A program made the position numbers and the translations under genes. 64,000 bases of DNA, taken from positions 26,466-90,465 of the forward strand of contig JBBTRH010000005.1 in NCBI GenBank assembly GCA_038065275.1, read 5' to 3'. Positions within the stretch are counted from its first letter, which is position 1. The number at the start of each line of letters is the position of its first letter. This DNA comes from Patescibacteria group bacterium. Its GTDB lineage: Bacteria; Patescibacteriota; Patescibacteriia; SBBC01; CAIJZX01. Below are positions 9,439-18,139 of the stretch, one piece after another. The notes beneath the pieces were generated by a model. The model was not told the origin of the DNA and did no database searches. It was given only the letters and a program-made list of their open reading frames with translations.

Positions 9439-10236
9439 CTAAAAAATAGTAGTGACTTTATTGTACAACATTGACAAACAATCCTGCTTCATACGGAATT
9501 TCGTCCCATGATTGTGTCCGGTGCGAGCATCAAAATCAACGAGTATTTTTCCCTCTTCAAGTGCTTTCAAAAACCCTTCAAAACTGAATTTCTGTAGCAT
9601 CATCACTTTTGTATAATGATAGTATTCTTTCTTTTTATTAACATAAACTTCGGCCTGGACGTAAAAGGTATTTAAAAGCTTTGTACCCGCTTTATGCTCT
9701 AAGTCATCGAATCCCCAGTACGGCTGTGGATTTAATTCGCCAAGCCCAACACGTTTTTTAACCAGTTCAAGCCATCCCTTGTGTCGTGCATCAACTCCAG
9801 ACGCTTTAAATGAAATTAAAATTTTACGCTTATTTCGGTCGATTACGACTTTGAAACCTCGATCACTACGCGATTGTCCATGGATTGTTTGCCTAAAACT
9901 CATTTCTCCTGCTGGATACTTTTTTCCGTCCTCTTGGTGAGCCCATCCATATTGTGGTAATAAAACCTGTGGGACAAAGCGAATCGCTCGTGGTGACGGT
10001 TCAATATGAAAAAGTGTCGTGAGTGAAGTAGAGTTAAGTCTTTGAGTTTTTAACTCCCACTCAGCGGCATTAGGGATTGGTAGGTTATTTTCCTTAATGC
10101 CCAGTAAATCTTCAAGTGTATTCCCAATGCCACCGGCGTTTCCTCGACGTGCATTTGGGACCCACCCCAATTCTGAAATCTCTTTTAGCCGCTCAACTAG
10201 TGCTTCTTTAGTATAAATGACTGGTTTCTTTGCCAT
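9439..10236 (-). CDS. type II restriction endonuclease, MvaI/BcnI-like
   Basis: ORF 9439..10323 trimmed to MAKKPVIYTKEAL; last gene of C-M-R operon; family assignment by recall, not search. Confidence 0.5.
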   Translation of the reverse strand: MAKKPVIYTKEALVERLKEISELGWVPNARRGNAGGIGNTLEDLLGIKENNLPIPNAAEWELKTQRLNSTSLTTLFHIEPSPRAIRFVPQVLLPQYGWAHQEDGKKYPAGEMSFRQTIHGQSRSDRGFKVVIDRNKRKILISFKASGVDARHKGWLELVKKRVGLGELNPQPYWGFDDLEHKAGTKLLNTFYVQAEVYVNKKKEYYHYTKVMMLQKFSFEGFLKALEEGKILVDFDARTGHNHGTKFRMKQDCLSMLYNKVTTIF

Positions 10237-10240
10237 ACAG

Positions 10241-10996
10241 TTATAAAAGTTTTGACTGGGATTGATGTTGCTTAATCCTTTTACGCGCCATTTCACAGTA
10301 ATCGGGAGAAATATCAATGCCAATATACTTGCGTTTATGGTTAATTGCGGAAATGGCCGTCGTCCCTGACCCCATAAATGGATCTAAAACTACTTTAGCG
10401 TCTGTTGCCGAAATTATTCGGTCAATTAACTTTACAGGAAACGCGGCAGGGTGTTTATTGTTCATTTCTTGGGTAAACTCCCACACATCTCCGAGAGCAT
10501 TTGCTTTATCGGCAAGCTTAAATTTTGGTTTAGCAATCAAATAAATTACTTCGTAAGTCGGTAAAAAGTAACCGGCGTTAAAATTCAACCCACCTTTTCT
10601 TTTCCAAATGATTATCTGGCGCACGGGAAAACCAGCCACAATATCTTGTCGATCTTGCAAAAGTCCCGCCTGAACACGCCATTTATGATTGTAAAAAATT
10701 GCGCCATTCTCAGGAATAATTCTTAGCATTTCGGTAAGGGAGTCTCTTTGCCACTTCACATACTTTTCGTGCGGCATACTGTCATCATGATGAGAGTACC
10801 CATTTTGAAGTGCCGCGTTTGCCCATTTTCCACCCCGACCATCTTTCATTCCGTTTCCAGTTGAATTTTTTAGGTTATACGGAGGCGAAGTAACGACTAA
10901 ATCTACCGACCCGTCGGGTATTTGTTTCATTACATCAACGGCATTTCCGCAAATATTTTTGTTGATAAAATCTAATGGATAGTTGAGCTTTTTCAT
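10241..10996 (-). CDS. DNA methyltransferase, beta-class amino-MTase (N4-cytosine or N6-adenine)
   Basis: DLVVTSPPYN (motif IV) N-terminal and FDPFMGSGTT (motif I) C-terminal = beta-class order. Confidence 0.8.
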   Translation of the reverse strand: MKKLNYPLDFINKNICGNAVDVMKQIPDGSVDLVVTSPPYNLKNSTGNGMKDGRGGKWANAALQNGYSHHDDSMPHEKYVKWQRDSLTEMLRIIPENGAIFYNHKWRVQAGLLQDRQDIVAGFPVRQIIIWKRKGGLNFNAGYFLPTYEVIYLIAKPKFKLADKANALGDVWEFTQEMNNKHPAAFPVKLIDRIISATDAKVVLDPFMGSGTTAISAINHKRKYIGIDISPDYCEMARKRIKQHQSQSKLL

Positions 10997-10997
10997 A

Positions 10998-11273
10998 TTA
11001 CTTTAGAAGATCATCACTGGAAATTTCTAACGCTTGAGCAAGTCTTGCCACTGTCGAAAGAGTCACGTTTCTTTTACCATTCTCAATGCCACTAATGTAC
11101 GCTCTGTCAGCGCCAATTTTCGAAGCAATGTCTCCTTGGGACATTCCTTTCTTCGTCCGTATCTTTTTGAGATTATCGCCTAAACGGGAATTGATCGTAT
11201 CGGTATTCACTTGACCAATATACTCCCTTGTTGCACTATAGAGCAATAGTGTACTATAGTACACAAAGCACAT
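10998..11273 (-). CDS. controller (C) protein, XRE-family HTH regulator of the R-M system
   Basis: MSQGDIASKIGADRAYISGIENGKRNVTLSTVARLAQAL HTH; first gene of C-M-R operon; true start probably internal (GTG ~11210). Confidence 0.65.
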   Translation of the reverse strand: MCFVYYSTLLLYSATREYIGQVNTDTINSRLGDNLKKIRTKKGMSQGDIASKIGADRAYISGIENGKRNVTLSTVARLAQALEISSDDLLK

Positions 11274-11352
11274 TGGGGAGCCGAAAGCGCGCGCACGGGA
11301 GGGCGGGGCAAGCGCTTATCTCTACAGGCGGCGCATCCCGTAGCAACGGGAT

Positions 11353-11393
11353 ACGAACCCCTCGGGCGGCGGGAAAATGCGGCGGCGGGGCGC
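11353..11393. repeat. IR-A right copy (reverse complement of 7930-7970)
   Basis: 41/41 identity in inverted orientation. Confidence 0.8.
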
Positions 11394-11486
11394 GGGCGGG
11401 CGGAATTCCCCCTTAGACCCCCTTCCGCCCGCCCGAATCGCCTAAAACTGCCCTTCAAAATAGGTTCGAGCGGCGTTCAGCAATTT

Positions 11487-11580
11487 CCACCAAATGAAAC
11501 TTCCGCGAAAGTCTACGGTCAAATTCCAGGGTTTAGCCAATATCCACCGCACGCTTTTATCCACCAGGCGGCGGTTCGTA
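11487..11580. repeat. IR-B left copy: 94-bp inverted repeat
   Basis: reverse complement of 13901-13994 with a single mismatch; creates artefactual ORF 11442..11672 (-) that mimics the recombinase C-terminus. Confidence 0.85.
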
Positions 11581-11736
11581 GCCCCAGAAGGGGCTAGGTA
11601 TGAAAATGGTCGTGTGATATTACCATTTTCGTACCTTCCAATTTTTTCCGGTTCCGCTCCGAAGCGGAACACGAAGCAAGTTTTTCCGAATCCCGCGCTT
11701 CACTTCCAGTAGTAAGAATGGTTAACTAATAGCACT

Positions 11737-12534
11737 ATGAGCATAAGAATTATCATGCGAGACAATAGCGGTAATAAGTTCTGGATTATTACCCCAAACA
11801 TTAGTATGTATAGCTTTGCGTCCAAATCAAAAAACGTGACTTTCTTGGAAATCTTTTATCGCTTTGCACAGGTTCTAGTTAAACCGCGGAAAGGGCTAAC
11901 AAAGGGTGAAGAGGAGAAGATACTTTTGTCGAGAAAACGGGTCTTGGTTGAGTTAAACAATAAGGTAATGGCGTTAAAATACCTTGCCAACGAATGTAAA
12001 AAGCAGGGCGAGAAATTAATTGCGAGAAAAGATAGCAAAAAGAGAATATACGACTATAAACCATATCAAGTTTTTCTGGCTCTTTGTGAAAGTTATCTGG
12101 ACACTGTACACAGTACCTACGATTGCATCGCTGATCTGGACGGGTTTTTAGGCAAGAAATATGCCCGTGCTATCAATAAAGAACAATGGTTTAAGATCGA
12201 TATGGATTTAAGAAACGTTTTTCATCACAACCAAAGCCCTCTAGTTACTATTGAGAAAGGGAAGGTAGATTTCACCATAGAAAAGCTACCAAGGAGCCCA
12301 AGATTTTTGACTCCGGCAATGAAAAACCCACACGGACGATACGAATTCTCTTTAGACCCAAAGGATTTGGGCGAAGACATTCTTACATTTCTTGAAAAAT
12401 GGGCAAAGCAATATTTGGATTTGATTGATGGCAACGAGAGCATTGACGCAATTGCGGGTTATAAAAAAGATGGTGGTGTAAGAACCAAGAAAGTCACCTT
12501 AAAAGAACTTATGAAACGAGTCGTTGCTACCTAA
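11737..12534 (+). CDS. hypothetical protein (265 aa) upstream of serine recombinase
   Basis: AT-rich ORF 6 nt upstream of recombinase start; no motif recognised; start may be an internal Met. Confidence 0.4.
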   Translation: MSIRIIMRDNSGNKFWIITPNISMYSFASKSKNVTFLEIFYRFAQVLVKPRKGLTKGEEEKILLSRKRVLVELNNKVMALKYLANECKKQGEKLIARKDSKKRIYDYKPYQVFLALCESYLDTVHSTYDCIADLDGFLGKKYARAINKEQWFKIDMDLRNVFHHNQSPLVTIEKGKVDFTIEKLPRSPRFLTPAMKNPHGRYEFSLDPKDLGEDILTFLEKWAKQYLDLIDGNESIDAIAGYKKDGGVRTKKVTLKELMKRVVAT

Positions 12535-12539
12535 AAACT

Positions 12540-14030
12540 ATGCGGTATTTTCTTTACGCTCGAAAATCAACCGAGGATGAAGAACATCAGATCATGTCCA
12601 TTGAGGCACAGCTCTTTGAGTTGTCCGAATATGCCAAGCGAGAAAAGATAACCATTGCCGAAAAGTTTATTGAAAGTAAAAGCGCGAAAAGTCCCGGTCG
12701 GGAAATTTTCGGCCAGATGATTGTCAAAATACAGGAAAGTAAAGAACCAATCGGCATTCTCGCTTGGCATCCTGATCGCTTGGCCCGAAATAGTATTGAT
12801 GGTGGTCAAATTATCTACCTCGTCGACGGCAAGAAAATCGCGGCCTTGCGTTTCCCGACATTCTGGTTTGAACCGACACCGCAAGGGCTATTCATGCTCC
12901 AAGTCGCGTTTGGCCAATCGAAATACTATTCGGACAACTTAAGCGAGAACGTGAAGCGCGGGATTCGTCAAAAACTCAGACGTGGTGAGTCCCCAAATTA
13001 TGCGGCAATCGGGTACGTCAATAATTTTAAAACCCGGACAATTGAACCCGATCCGTTCAAAGGGCGTGTCATCGCTAAAGCATTTGAAGAATATGCGAAA
13101 GGAATGCACACCCTCGAAAGTCTAGGCAAGCGTCTGAGTTTTTGGGGTATAGTCAGTCGGACCGGAAAGCCGCTCCCAAAAGCAACGTTGAGCCGAATGT
13201 TGACCAATCCGGTTCATTGCGGATTGATTCGGCATAATGGCGAAACATATCCGGGCGGTTTTGCCGCTAACGTCTCGATGGAGTTATTCGAAAAAGTCCA
13301 GAAAGTCTATAAGCAAAATCAAAAAGGTCATCATTTTCGTAAGCGTCATCATTTTGCTTTAACTGGACTATTGAAGTGCGGAGAATGTGGCGCGGCAATA
13401 ACCGCCCAAAATACCAAAGGTCATGGCGGTTGGTATGTGTATTATCGCTGTACCAAACGTCTTGGTCCTTGTAAGCAAGGATACATTCAACAAGAGCGGC
13501 TTTCCGATCTGATCCGCGCAAAGGTTCGAGAAGTTGCAATAAGCGAAGACTGGGCGAAGAAAATGTTGGATAAGGTAACGATGTGGGAAAATGAGATCGC
13601 CCAGTCTTCGCAGTCTTCCGCCCAAAATCTCAAAACAAGGATGAAGGAAACAGAATTACAGCTTGACCGCATAGTGAATGCTTTCCTTGATGGCTCTATT
13701 GAAAAGGCTGTTTATTTGGAAAAGAAAGATGCATTGATTAAAACTCAAACTGGCCTTGAACAGAAAAAGGCGGATTTTGGGCGGAAGACCCTTTATTGGA
13801 TCGAACCTTTGCGCCAGTGGATATTAGACGCTCAAAAGGCCGAAAAACTTGCTTCGTCGAACGATTTACCTGAATTGAAATCGTTCGCGGAAAAAATTGG
13901 AACGAACCGCCGCCTGGTGGATAAAAGCGTGCGGTGGATATTGGCTAAACCCTGGAATTTGACCGTAAACTTTCGCGGAAGTTTCATTTGGTGGGCCCCC
14001 CGGGACTCGAACCCGGAACTCTCAGCTTAA
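12540..14030 (+). CDS. large serine recombinase (resolvase/invertase N-domain + recombinase domain + zinc-ribbon)
   Basis: YARKSTEDE...SIEAQ catalytic Ser motif near N-terminus; 496 aa; Cys cluster CGECG...C..C; 3' end runs through IR-B and into the tRNA-Lys gene on the opposite strand. Confidence 0.8.
   Translation: MRYFLYARKSTEDEEHQIMSIEAQLFELSEYAKREKITIAEKFIESKSAKSPGREIFGQMIVKIQESKEPIGILAWHPDRLARNSIDGGQIIYLVDGKKIAALRFPTFWFEPTPQGLFMLQVAFGQSKYYSDNLSENVKRGIRQKLRRGESPNYAAIGYVNNFKTRTIEPDPFKGRVIAKAFEEYAKGMHTLESLGKRLSFWGIVSRTGKPLPKATLSRMLTNPVHCGLIRHNGETYPGGFAANVSMELFEKVQKVYKQNQKGHHFRKRHHFALTGLLKCGECGAAITAQNTKGHGGWYVYYRCTKRLGPCKQGYIQQERLSDLIRAKVREVAISEDWAKKMLDKVTMWENEIAQSSQSSAQNLKTRMKETELQLDRIVNAFLDGSIEKAVYLEKKDALIKTQTGLEQKKADFGRKTLYWIEPLRQWILDAQKAEKLASSNDLPELKSFAEKIGTNRRLVDKSVRWILAKPWNLTVNFRGSFIWWAPRDSNPELSA
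13901..13994. repeat. IR-B right copy (includes CCA end and 3' flank of tRNA-Lys)
   Basis: 93/94 identity to reverse complement of 11487-11580. Confidence 0.85.
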
Positions 14031-14063
14031 AAGGCTGATACTCTACCATTGAGTTAGGGACCC
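13992..14063 (-). tRNA. tRNA-Lys (anticodon UUU), CCA encoded at 13989-13991
   Basis: cloverleaf on minus strand: acceptor GGGUCCC/GGGGCCC, D-arm, anticodon loop CUUUUAA, T-arm CCGGGUUCGAGUCCCGG. Confidence 0.8.
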
Positions 14064-14308
14064 ATGTTGTAAACACTGCTTGCTTTAGAAAGGACGAGAT
14101 GTGTTTCACGTTGAGCCCCGACGTCCCGCTTACGGCGGGAGTCGGGGTCCCGAATCCCGCTTAGCGGGACTTCGGGATTAGGGACCCAAAACTGCGCTGA
14201 TGCTAGCATATTCAGCGTTATGGAGCAAGCGTCGCCGGTCCCCGATTCCCTTGACGCTCAAGCGACTGGGGCTTATGCTTCATCTGCAAACACTAACATC
14301 AGATCAAT

Positions 14309-15238
14309 ATGAACATCCCGCCAGCCGCAACCCCGCCGCAGAATCCCGTCCGTCCATCGATCGGTAAGGCTTCTCTCAAAGCGCTTGGTTTTGGTCTCCT
14401 GCTCGCCATTCCGATGACGTACGTCTTCGCGTATGGCGCCTTCTCGTTCATCTCGTACTTCCGGTTGAGCTACAACTGGGGCCTAGCCGGGATGTTCATT
14501 CCCTTCATCATCCTCTTCTATGGTTTCGCCGCCAACGCCATCATCATGGGCCTCACCACCTTCATCACCCTCGAACGGTCGCGCCGACCCTACCTCCACG
14601 CCGTCCTCATCGGCTTGATCGTCAACCTCCTGTTCATCATCGGCGGCTGGGGCTACAACCTCTATGCGTATCAAGGCCGGTTGACCGAGTTAAAGGCCCA
14701 ACGGAACAATGACAGTTACGTCACGGCTAAGGGTATTGCTGATTGCGCTAAGCTGACTGATGTCCAGTACTGGCGGGTGTGCATCAATAACAAGGTTGCC
14801 ACCGCCGCCGACAAAGCCGCCTGTGACACCCAAGCGATAAAATACGCCGCTCAATCCGGCGGAGCGACGAGCGAGTGCGCGCAAGAGCTGGCGATCAGTT
14901 CCGGATCGACTGCCCTCTGCGCCGATGTGCCGCTCAACGGCAACGCCTACGCCAATCAACGCGATTGCCTGTCCAAAACGATTCAGAAATCTTGGGAGAA
15001 GAACGACCGGAAAACGCCGCTGGCGATTGTCGAAGGATGCGCCGCCATCACCGATCCCCAGGAGAAGCAGTTCTGCTACGTCGTCTCGCTCCGTCAACTT
15101 ACAAAAGGCGATCCGGCCGCGACTGTTGCTTGCCAGCGCCTCGATCCGCACTTGTGGTTCGGCCCAATCAGCACCGCTGACAACGACCTGACGAATATCA
15201 AGAATGTCTGCGGTCTGACTATTACCCCGACTTCGTAG
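14309..15238 (+). CDS. membrane-anchored cysteine-rich protein, unknown function
   Basis: N-terminal ~3 TM helices then Cys-rich soluble domain. Confidence 0.45.
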   Translation: MNIPPAATPPQNPVRPSIGKASLKALGFGLLLAIPMTYVFAYGAFSFISYFRLSYNWGLAGMFIPFIILFYGFAANAIIMGLTTFITLERSRRPYLHAVLIGLIVNLLFIIGGWGYNLYAYQGRLTELKAQRNNDSYVTAKGIADCAKLTDVQYWRVCINNKVATAADKAACDTQAIKYAAQSGGATSECAQELAISSGSTALCADVPLNGNAYANQRDCLSKTIQKSWEKNDRKTPLAIVEGCAAITDPQEKQFCYVVSLRQLTKGDPAATVACQRLDPHLWFGPISTADNDLTNIKNVCGLTITPTS

Positions 15239-15241
15239 CGA

Positions 15242-15781
15242 CTACTTCTTCCCCTGCGCCCGTTCGATAAGTTTGTAGAACACCTCCCGGGTGGTAATCA
15301 CGTCGACCAAGGCGCGGTGGGCGCTTGGCTGGGGCACCTTGAGGTAGGCCGCGACGTTCGACAGTTTGTAGCTGGCCAGGATCAGGTAGCGCTTGGCGAT
15401 TTCTACGGTGTCAATATACTGGTTCGTCAGCGCCGGCCGGCCGAGCCGTTTCAAGTGTTCGTTGATGAACCCCAGGTCAAAGGCGACATTATGGCCGACT
15501 ATGACCGATGGGCCGATGAAGCTGACGAGCTCGGGCACGACTGCATCGGGATCTTTACCTTCAGCGTTGAGCAGGTCTTGAGTGATGCCGTGCTTGGCGT
15601 GGAAATCAGCCACGTCGGTTGGCAATGGTTTAGCCGGTTTAACCAGGCTGACGAACTCCCCGACCACGTCGCGGCCGTGGATTTTCTGGGCGGCGATTTC
15701 GATCACGTCGTGGCCGGCGGCCGGGTCGAGGCCGGTAGTTTCTACGTCGAGGACGACGAAATTGAGGGGGGTAGGTGACAT
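15242..15781 (-). CDS. DnaQ-like DEDDh 3'-5' exonuclease (Pol III epsilon family)
   Basis: VVLDVETTGLDP exo I motif, HNVAFD exo II, C-terminal YxxxH. Confidence 0.8.
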   Translation of the reverse strand: MSPTPLNFVVLDVETTGLDPAAGHDVIEIAAQKIHGRDVVGEFVSLVKPAKPLPTDVADFHAKHGITQDLLNAEGKDPDAVVPELVSFIGPSVIVGHNVAFDLGFINEHLKRLGRPALTNQYIDTVEIAKRYLILASYKLSNVAAYLKVPQPSAHRALVDVITTREVFYKLIERAQGKK

Positions 15782-15914
15782 CCCCGTTAGAAATGAAGGA
15801 AGCTAGTCAAAGCCTCACGGTTTCCTAAGCTAATTCGCTGGAGAAGATTAGTCATTGGATTGATTATCTATAGCCACAATTACCTGCTCTTCGTCAGATT
15901 CATTTCTAACGGGG
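15782..15914. mobile_element. MITE-like element copy A (TIR CCCCGTTAGAAATGAA / TTCATTTCTAACGGGG; TSD CAT)
   Basis: 16-bp perfect terminal inverted repeat; flanking CAT duplicated at 15779-81 and 15915-17. Confidence 0.7.
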
Positions 15915-16101
15915 CATCGAGTCGAATTATATAGAATTATCATCGTCGGTTCAAGCCCCGATGTTCCGCGAAAGCGGGAATTTGGACCCGACCCGACGTA
16001 TTTAGGAGGTGTCGGGGCTGTGGACGGGCGGTGTGGACGGTGTGGGTGTAAGTCGGCGTTGCGGCTATCGCCGCCACCTTGTACAATAACCTTAACTATG
16101 T

Positions 16102-16270
16102 CCCGTTAGAGGTTACCGTTCTATCTAGAAATAATTCTCAATGAACCGCCAGGACAAAATTTTGCGCCGTCTTCCGGCCTCAAAAGCCCGCGAGTGGCAT
16201 CAAGAGCTAACCATAGATAAGTCTTTTATTGGGCACCTGGAACCGGATAATTTGTGTAACCTCTAACGGG
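16102..16270. mobile_element. MITE-like element copy B (TIR CCCGTTAGAGGTTAC)
   Basis: 15-bp TIR; right terminus directly abuts dnaB ATG at 16271. Confidence 0.65.
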
Positions 16271-17644
16271 ATGGCCACCCCTGCTTCGACCGACATCCGC
16301 ATCCCACCCCAGCAACTCGAGGCCGAACAGGCCGTCTTGGGGTCTTTGCTGATCGACCGCGACGCGGTCATCCGCATCGCCGACACGCTGGTGCCGGAAG
16401 ACTTCTACGCCGACAAACACCGCTACGTCTTTGACGCGATGCTGACCCTCTACCAGCGGCACGACCCGATTGACATTGTGGCGCTGTCGAACCTCCTGCA
16501 GGAGCGCCTCCGTCTCGACGTCATCGGCGGACGCAGTTTTCTCGTCTCGCTCTCGAACGCCGTCCCGACGGCGGCTAACGTCGTCCAGTACGCCGCCATC
16601 GTCCAGAAAAAGGCCACCCTCCGTCGGCTGATCGACGTGGCCGGCACCATGCTGCAAAGCGGCTACCAGGAAACGGAGGACGTTTCGGCCCTGCTCGACA
16701 AAGCCGAGCAATCGCTGTTCAACGTCTCCCAGCGCTATCTCCGCCAGAATTTCATCAACATCCGCGACGTCCTCGACGAAGCCTTTGACCGGATCGACCA
16801 GCTCCACCACGAATCCGGCCAGCTCCGCGGCGTGGCGACCGGTTTCACCCGCCTCGACTCCCTTCTCGGCGGGCTCCAGAAGTCCGACTTGATCATTCTG
16901 GCCGCCCGGCCGTCGGTCGGCAAAACCTCGCTGGCCCTCGATATCGCCCGGAACGTGGCGGTCAAGTCGAAACTGCCGGTCGGCCTCTTCTCACTCGAAA
17001 TGTCGAAGGAACAGCTGGTTGACCGTTTACTCGTCGCGCAGGCTGACGTTGATCTTTGGAAGATGCGCACCGGCCGGTTGAAAGACGACGAAGACTTCCA
17101 GCGCATCGGCCACGCCATGGGCGTCTTGGCCGAAGCGCCGATTTTCATCGACGACAGCGCCAGCGCCAACATCATGGAAATCCGCACCAAGGCTCGCCGG
17201 CTCCAGTCCGAACATAAGACCCTCGGCCTGATCGTCATCGACTATTTGCAACTGATGGAAAGCCGGACTGGCGAAAACCGCACGCAAGAAGTTTCGGAAA
17301 TCACGCGCGGCCTCAAATCAATCGCCCGCGAGTTGAACGTGCCGGTGCTGGCGCTGTCCCAGCTGTCCCGCGCCGTTGAACTCGAACGGCCGCCGATCCC
17401 GAAACTCGCCCACTTGCGCGAATCCGGTTCAATCGAGCAGGATTCCGACGTGGTGATCTTCATCTACCGCCCGGCGGTTTACGATCACGACCTGCAAGAC
17501 GACAAGAAGAACCTGGCCGAAATCCATATCGCCAAACACCGCAACGGCCCGACCGGCCGCGTTAACCTGTCCTTCGTCGAACGCCGCGCCAGTTTCGACA
17601 ATCGTGATGAGCGGATGGGTGAACCGGAGTTTCAGGGGGAGTAA
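16271..17644 (+). CDS. dnaB: replicative DNA helicase
   Basis: ORF 16229..17644 trimmed to MATPAS; Walker A ARPSVGKTS, RecA-like C-domain, N-terminal DnaB domain. Confidence 0.9.
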   Translation: MATPASTDIRIPPQQLEAEQAVLGSLLIDRDAVIRIADTLVPEDFYADKHRYVFDAMLTLYQRHDPIDIVALSNLLQERLRLDVIGGRSFLVSLSNAVPTAANVVQYAAIVQKKATLRRLIDVAGTMLQSGYQETEDVSALLDKAEQSLFNVSQRYLRQNFINIRDVLDEAFDRIDQLHHESGQLRGVATGFTRLDSLLGGLQKSDLIILAARPSVGKTSLALDIARNVAVKSKLPVGLFSLEMSKEQLVDRLLVAQADVDLWKMRTGRLKDDEDFQRIGHAMGVLAEAPIFIDDSASANIMEIRTKARRLQSEHKTLGLIVIDYLQLMESRTGENRTQEVSEITRGLKSIARELNVPVLALSQLSRAVELERPPIPKLAHLRESGSIEQDSDVVIFIYRPAVYDHDLQDDKKNLAEIHIAKHRNGPTGRVNLSFVERRASFDNRDERMGEPEFQGE

Positions 17645-17657
17645 CCTCCCCCTCGTT

Positions 17658-17681
17658 CCCCCTCCTTAATTAAGGAGGGGG
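17658..17681. repeat. anti-SD/SD hairpin CCCCCTCCTT-AATT-AAGGAGGGGG
   Basis: perfect 10-bp stem, immediately after dnaB stop; no U-tract. Confidence 0.6.
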
Positions 17682-17741
17682 ATGTCCGCAGGACAGGGGG
17701 AAGTGATTGCCCCCTCCAGCGTTTTTTGATACACTACCCCC

Positions 17742-18041
17742 ATGTTCAACAAGCTCAAACAATTCAAAGACCTCCGTCACCAGGCCAAGGAAATGCAACA
17801 TACCCTGGCCCAGGAAACGGTCTACGCCGATAGCGCCCGCGGCAAGGTGCAGGTCGTGATGGACGGCAATCAGCACGTCAACGGCCTGACCATCGACCCG
17901 GAGTTACTTAAGCCGGAGCGCAAAACCGAAACGGAGAGGGCCGTCCAGGACGCCTTCAACGACGCGGTCAAGAAGTCGCAGATGGCGATGGCCAAGAAGG
18001 CTCGTGAGATGGGCCACCTCAACCTACCGGGATTGTCTTAA
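17742..18041 (+). CDS. ybaB: YbaB/EbfC nucleoid-associated protein
   Basis: 99 aa, MFNKLKQFKDL... family signature; classic ybaB-recR pairing. Confidence 0.8.
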   Translation: MFNKLKQFKDLRHQAKEMQHTLAQETVYADSARGKVQVVMDGNQHVNGLTIDPELLKPERKTETERAVQDAFNDAVKKSQMAMAKKAREMGHLNLPGLS

Positions 18042-18139
18042 CCCCGTTAGAAGTTTTCTTGATTGCCCTTGTAGCTGGTTTAACAATCATGCTCGTATGC
18101 GCATAAGGCGGTCGTTTATAGACAATAACTTCTAACGGA
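18042..18139. mobile_element. MITE-like element copy C (TIR CCCCGTTAGAAGTT)
   Basis: fills the whole ybaB stop to recR GTG interval. Confidence 0.6.

Noticed and set aside
11442-11672. ORF (-) whose product resembles the serine recombinase C-terminus
   Set aside because: The similarity arises because the ORF lies on IR-B, the inverted duplicate of the recombinase 3' end. It has no independent support.
17658-17681. Calling the CCTCCTT/AAGGAGG hairpins canonical rho-independent terminators
   Set aside because: None is followed by a U-tract on either strand. They are reported as a repeat family instead.
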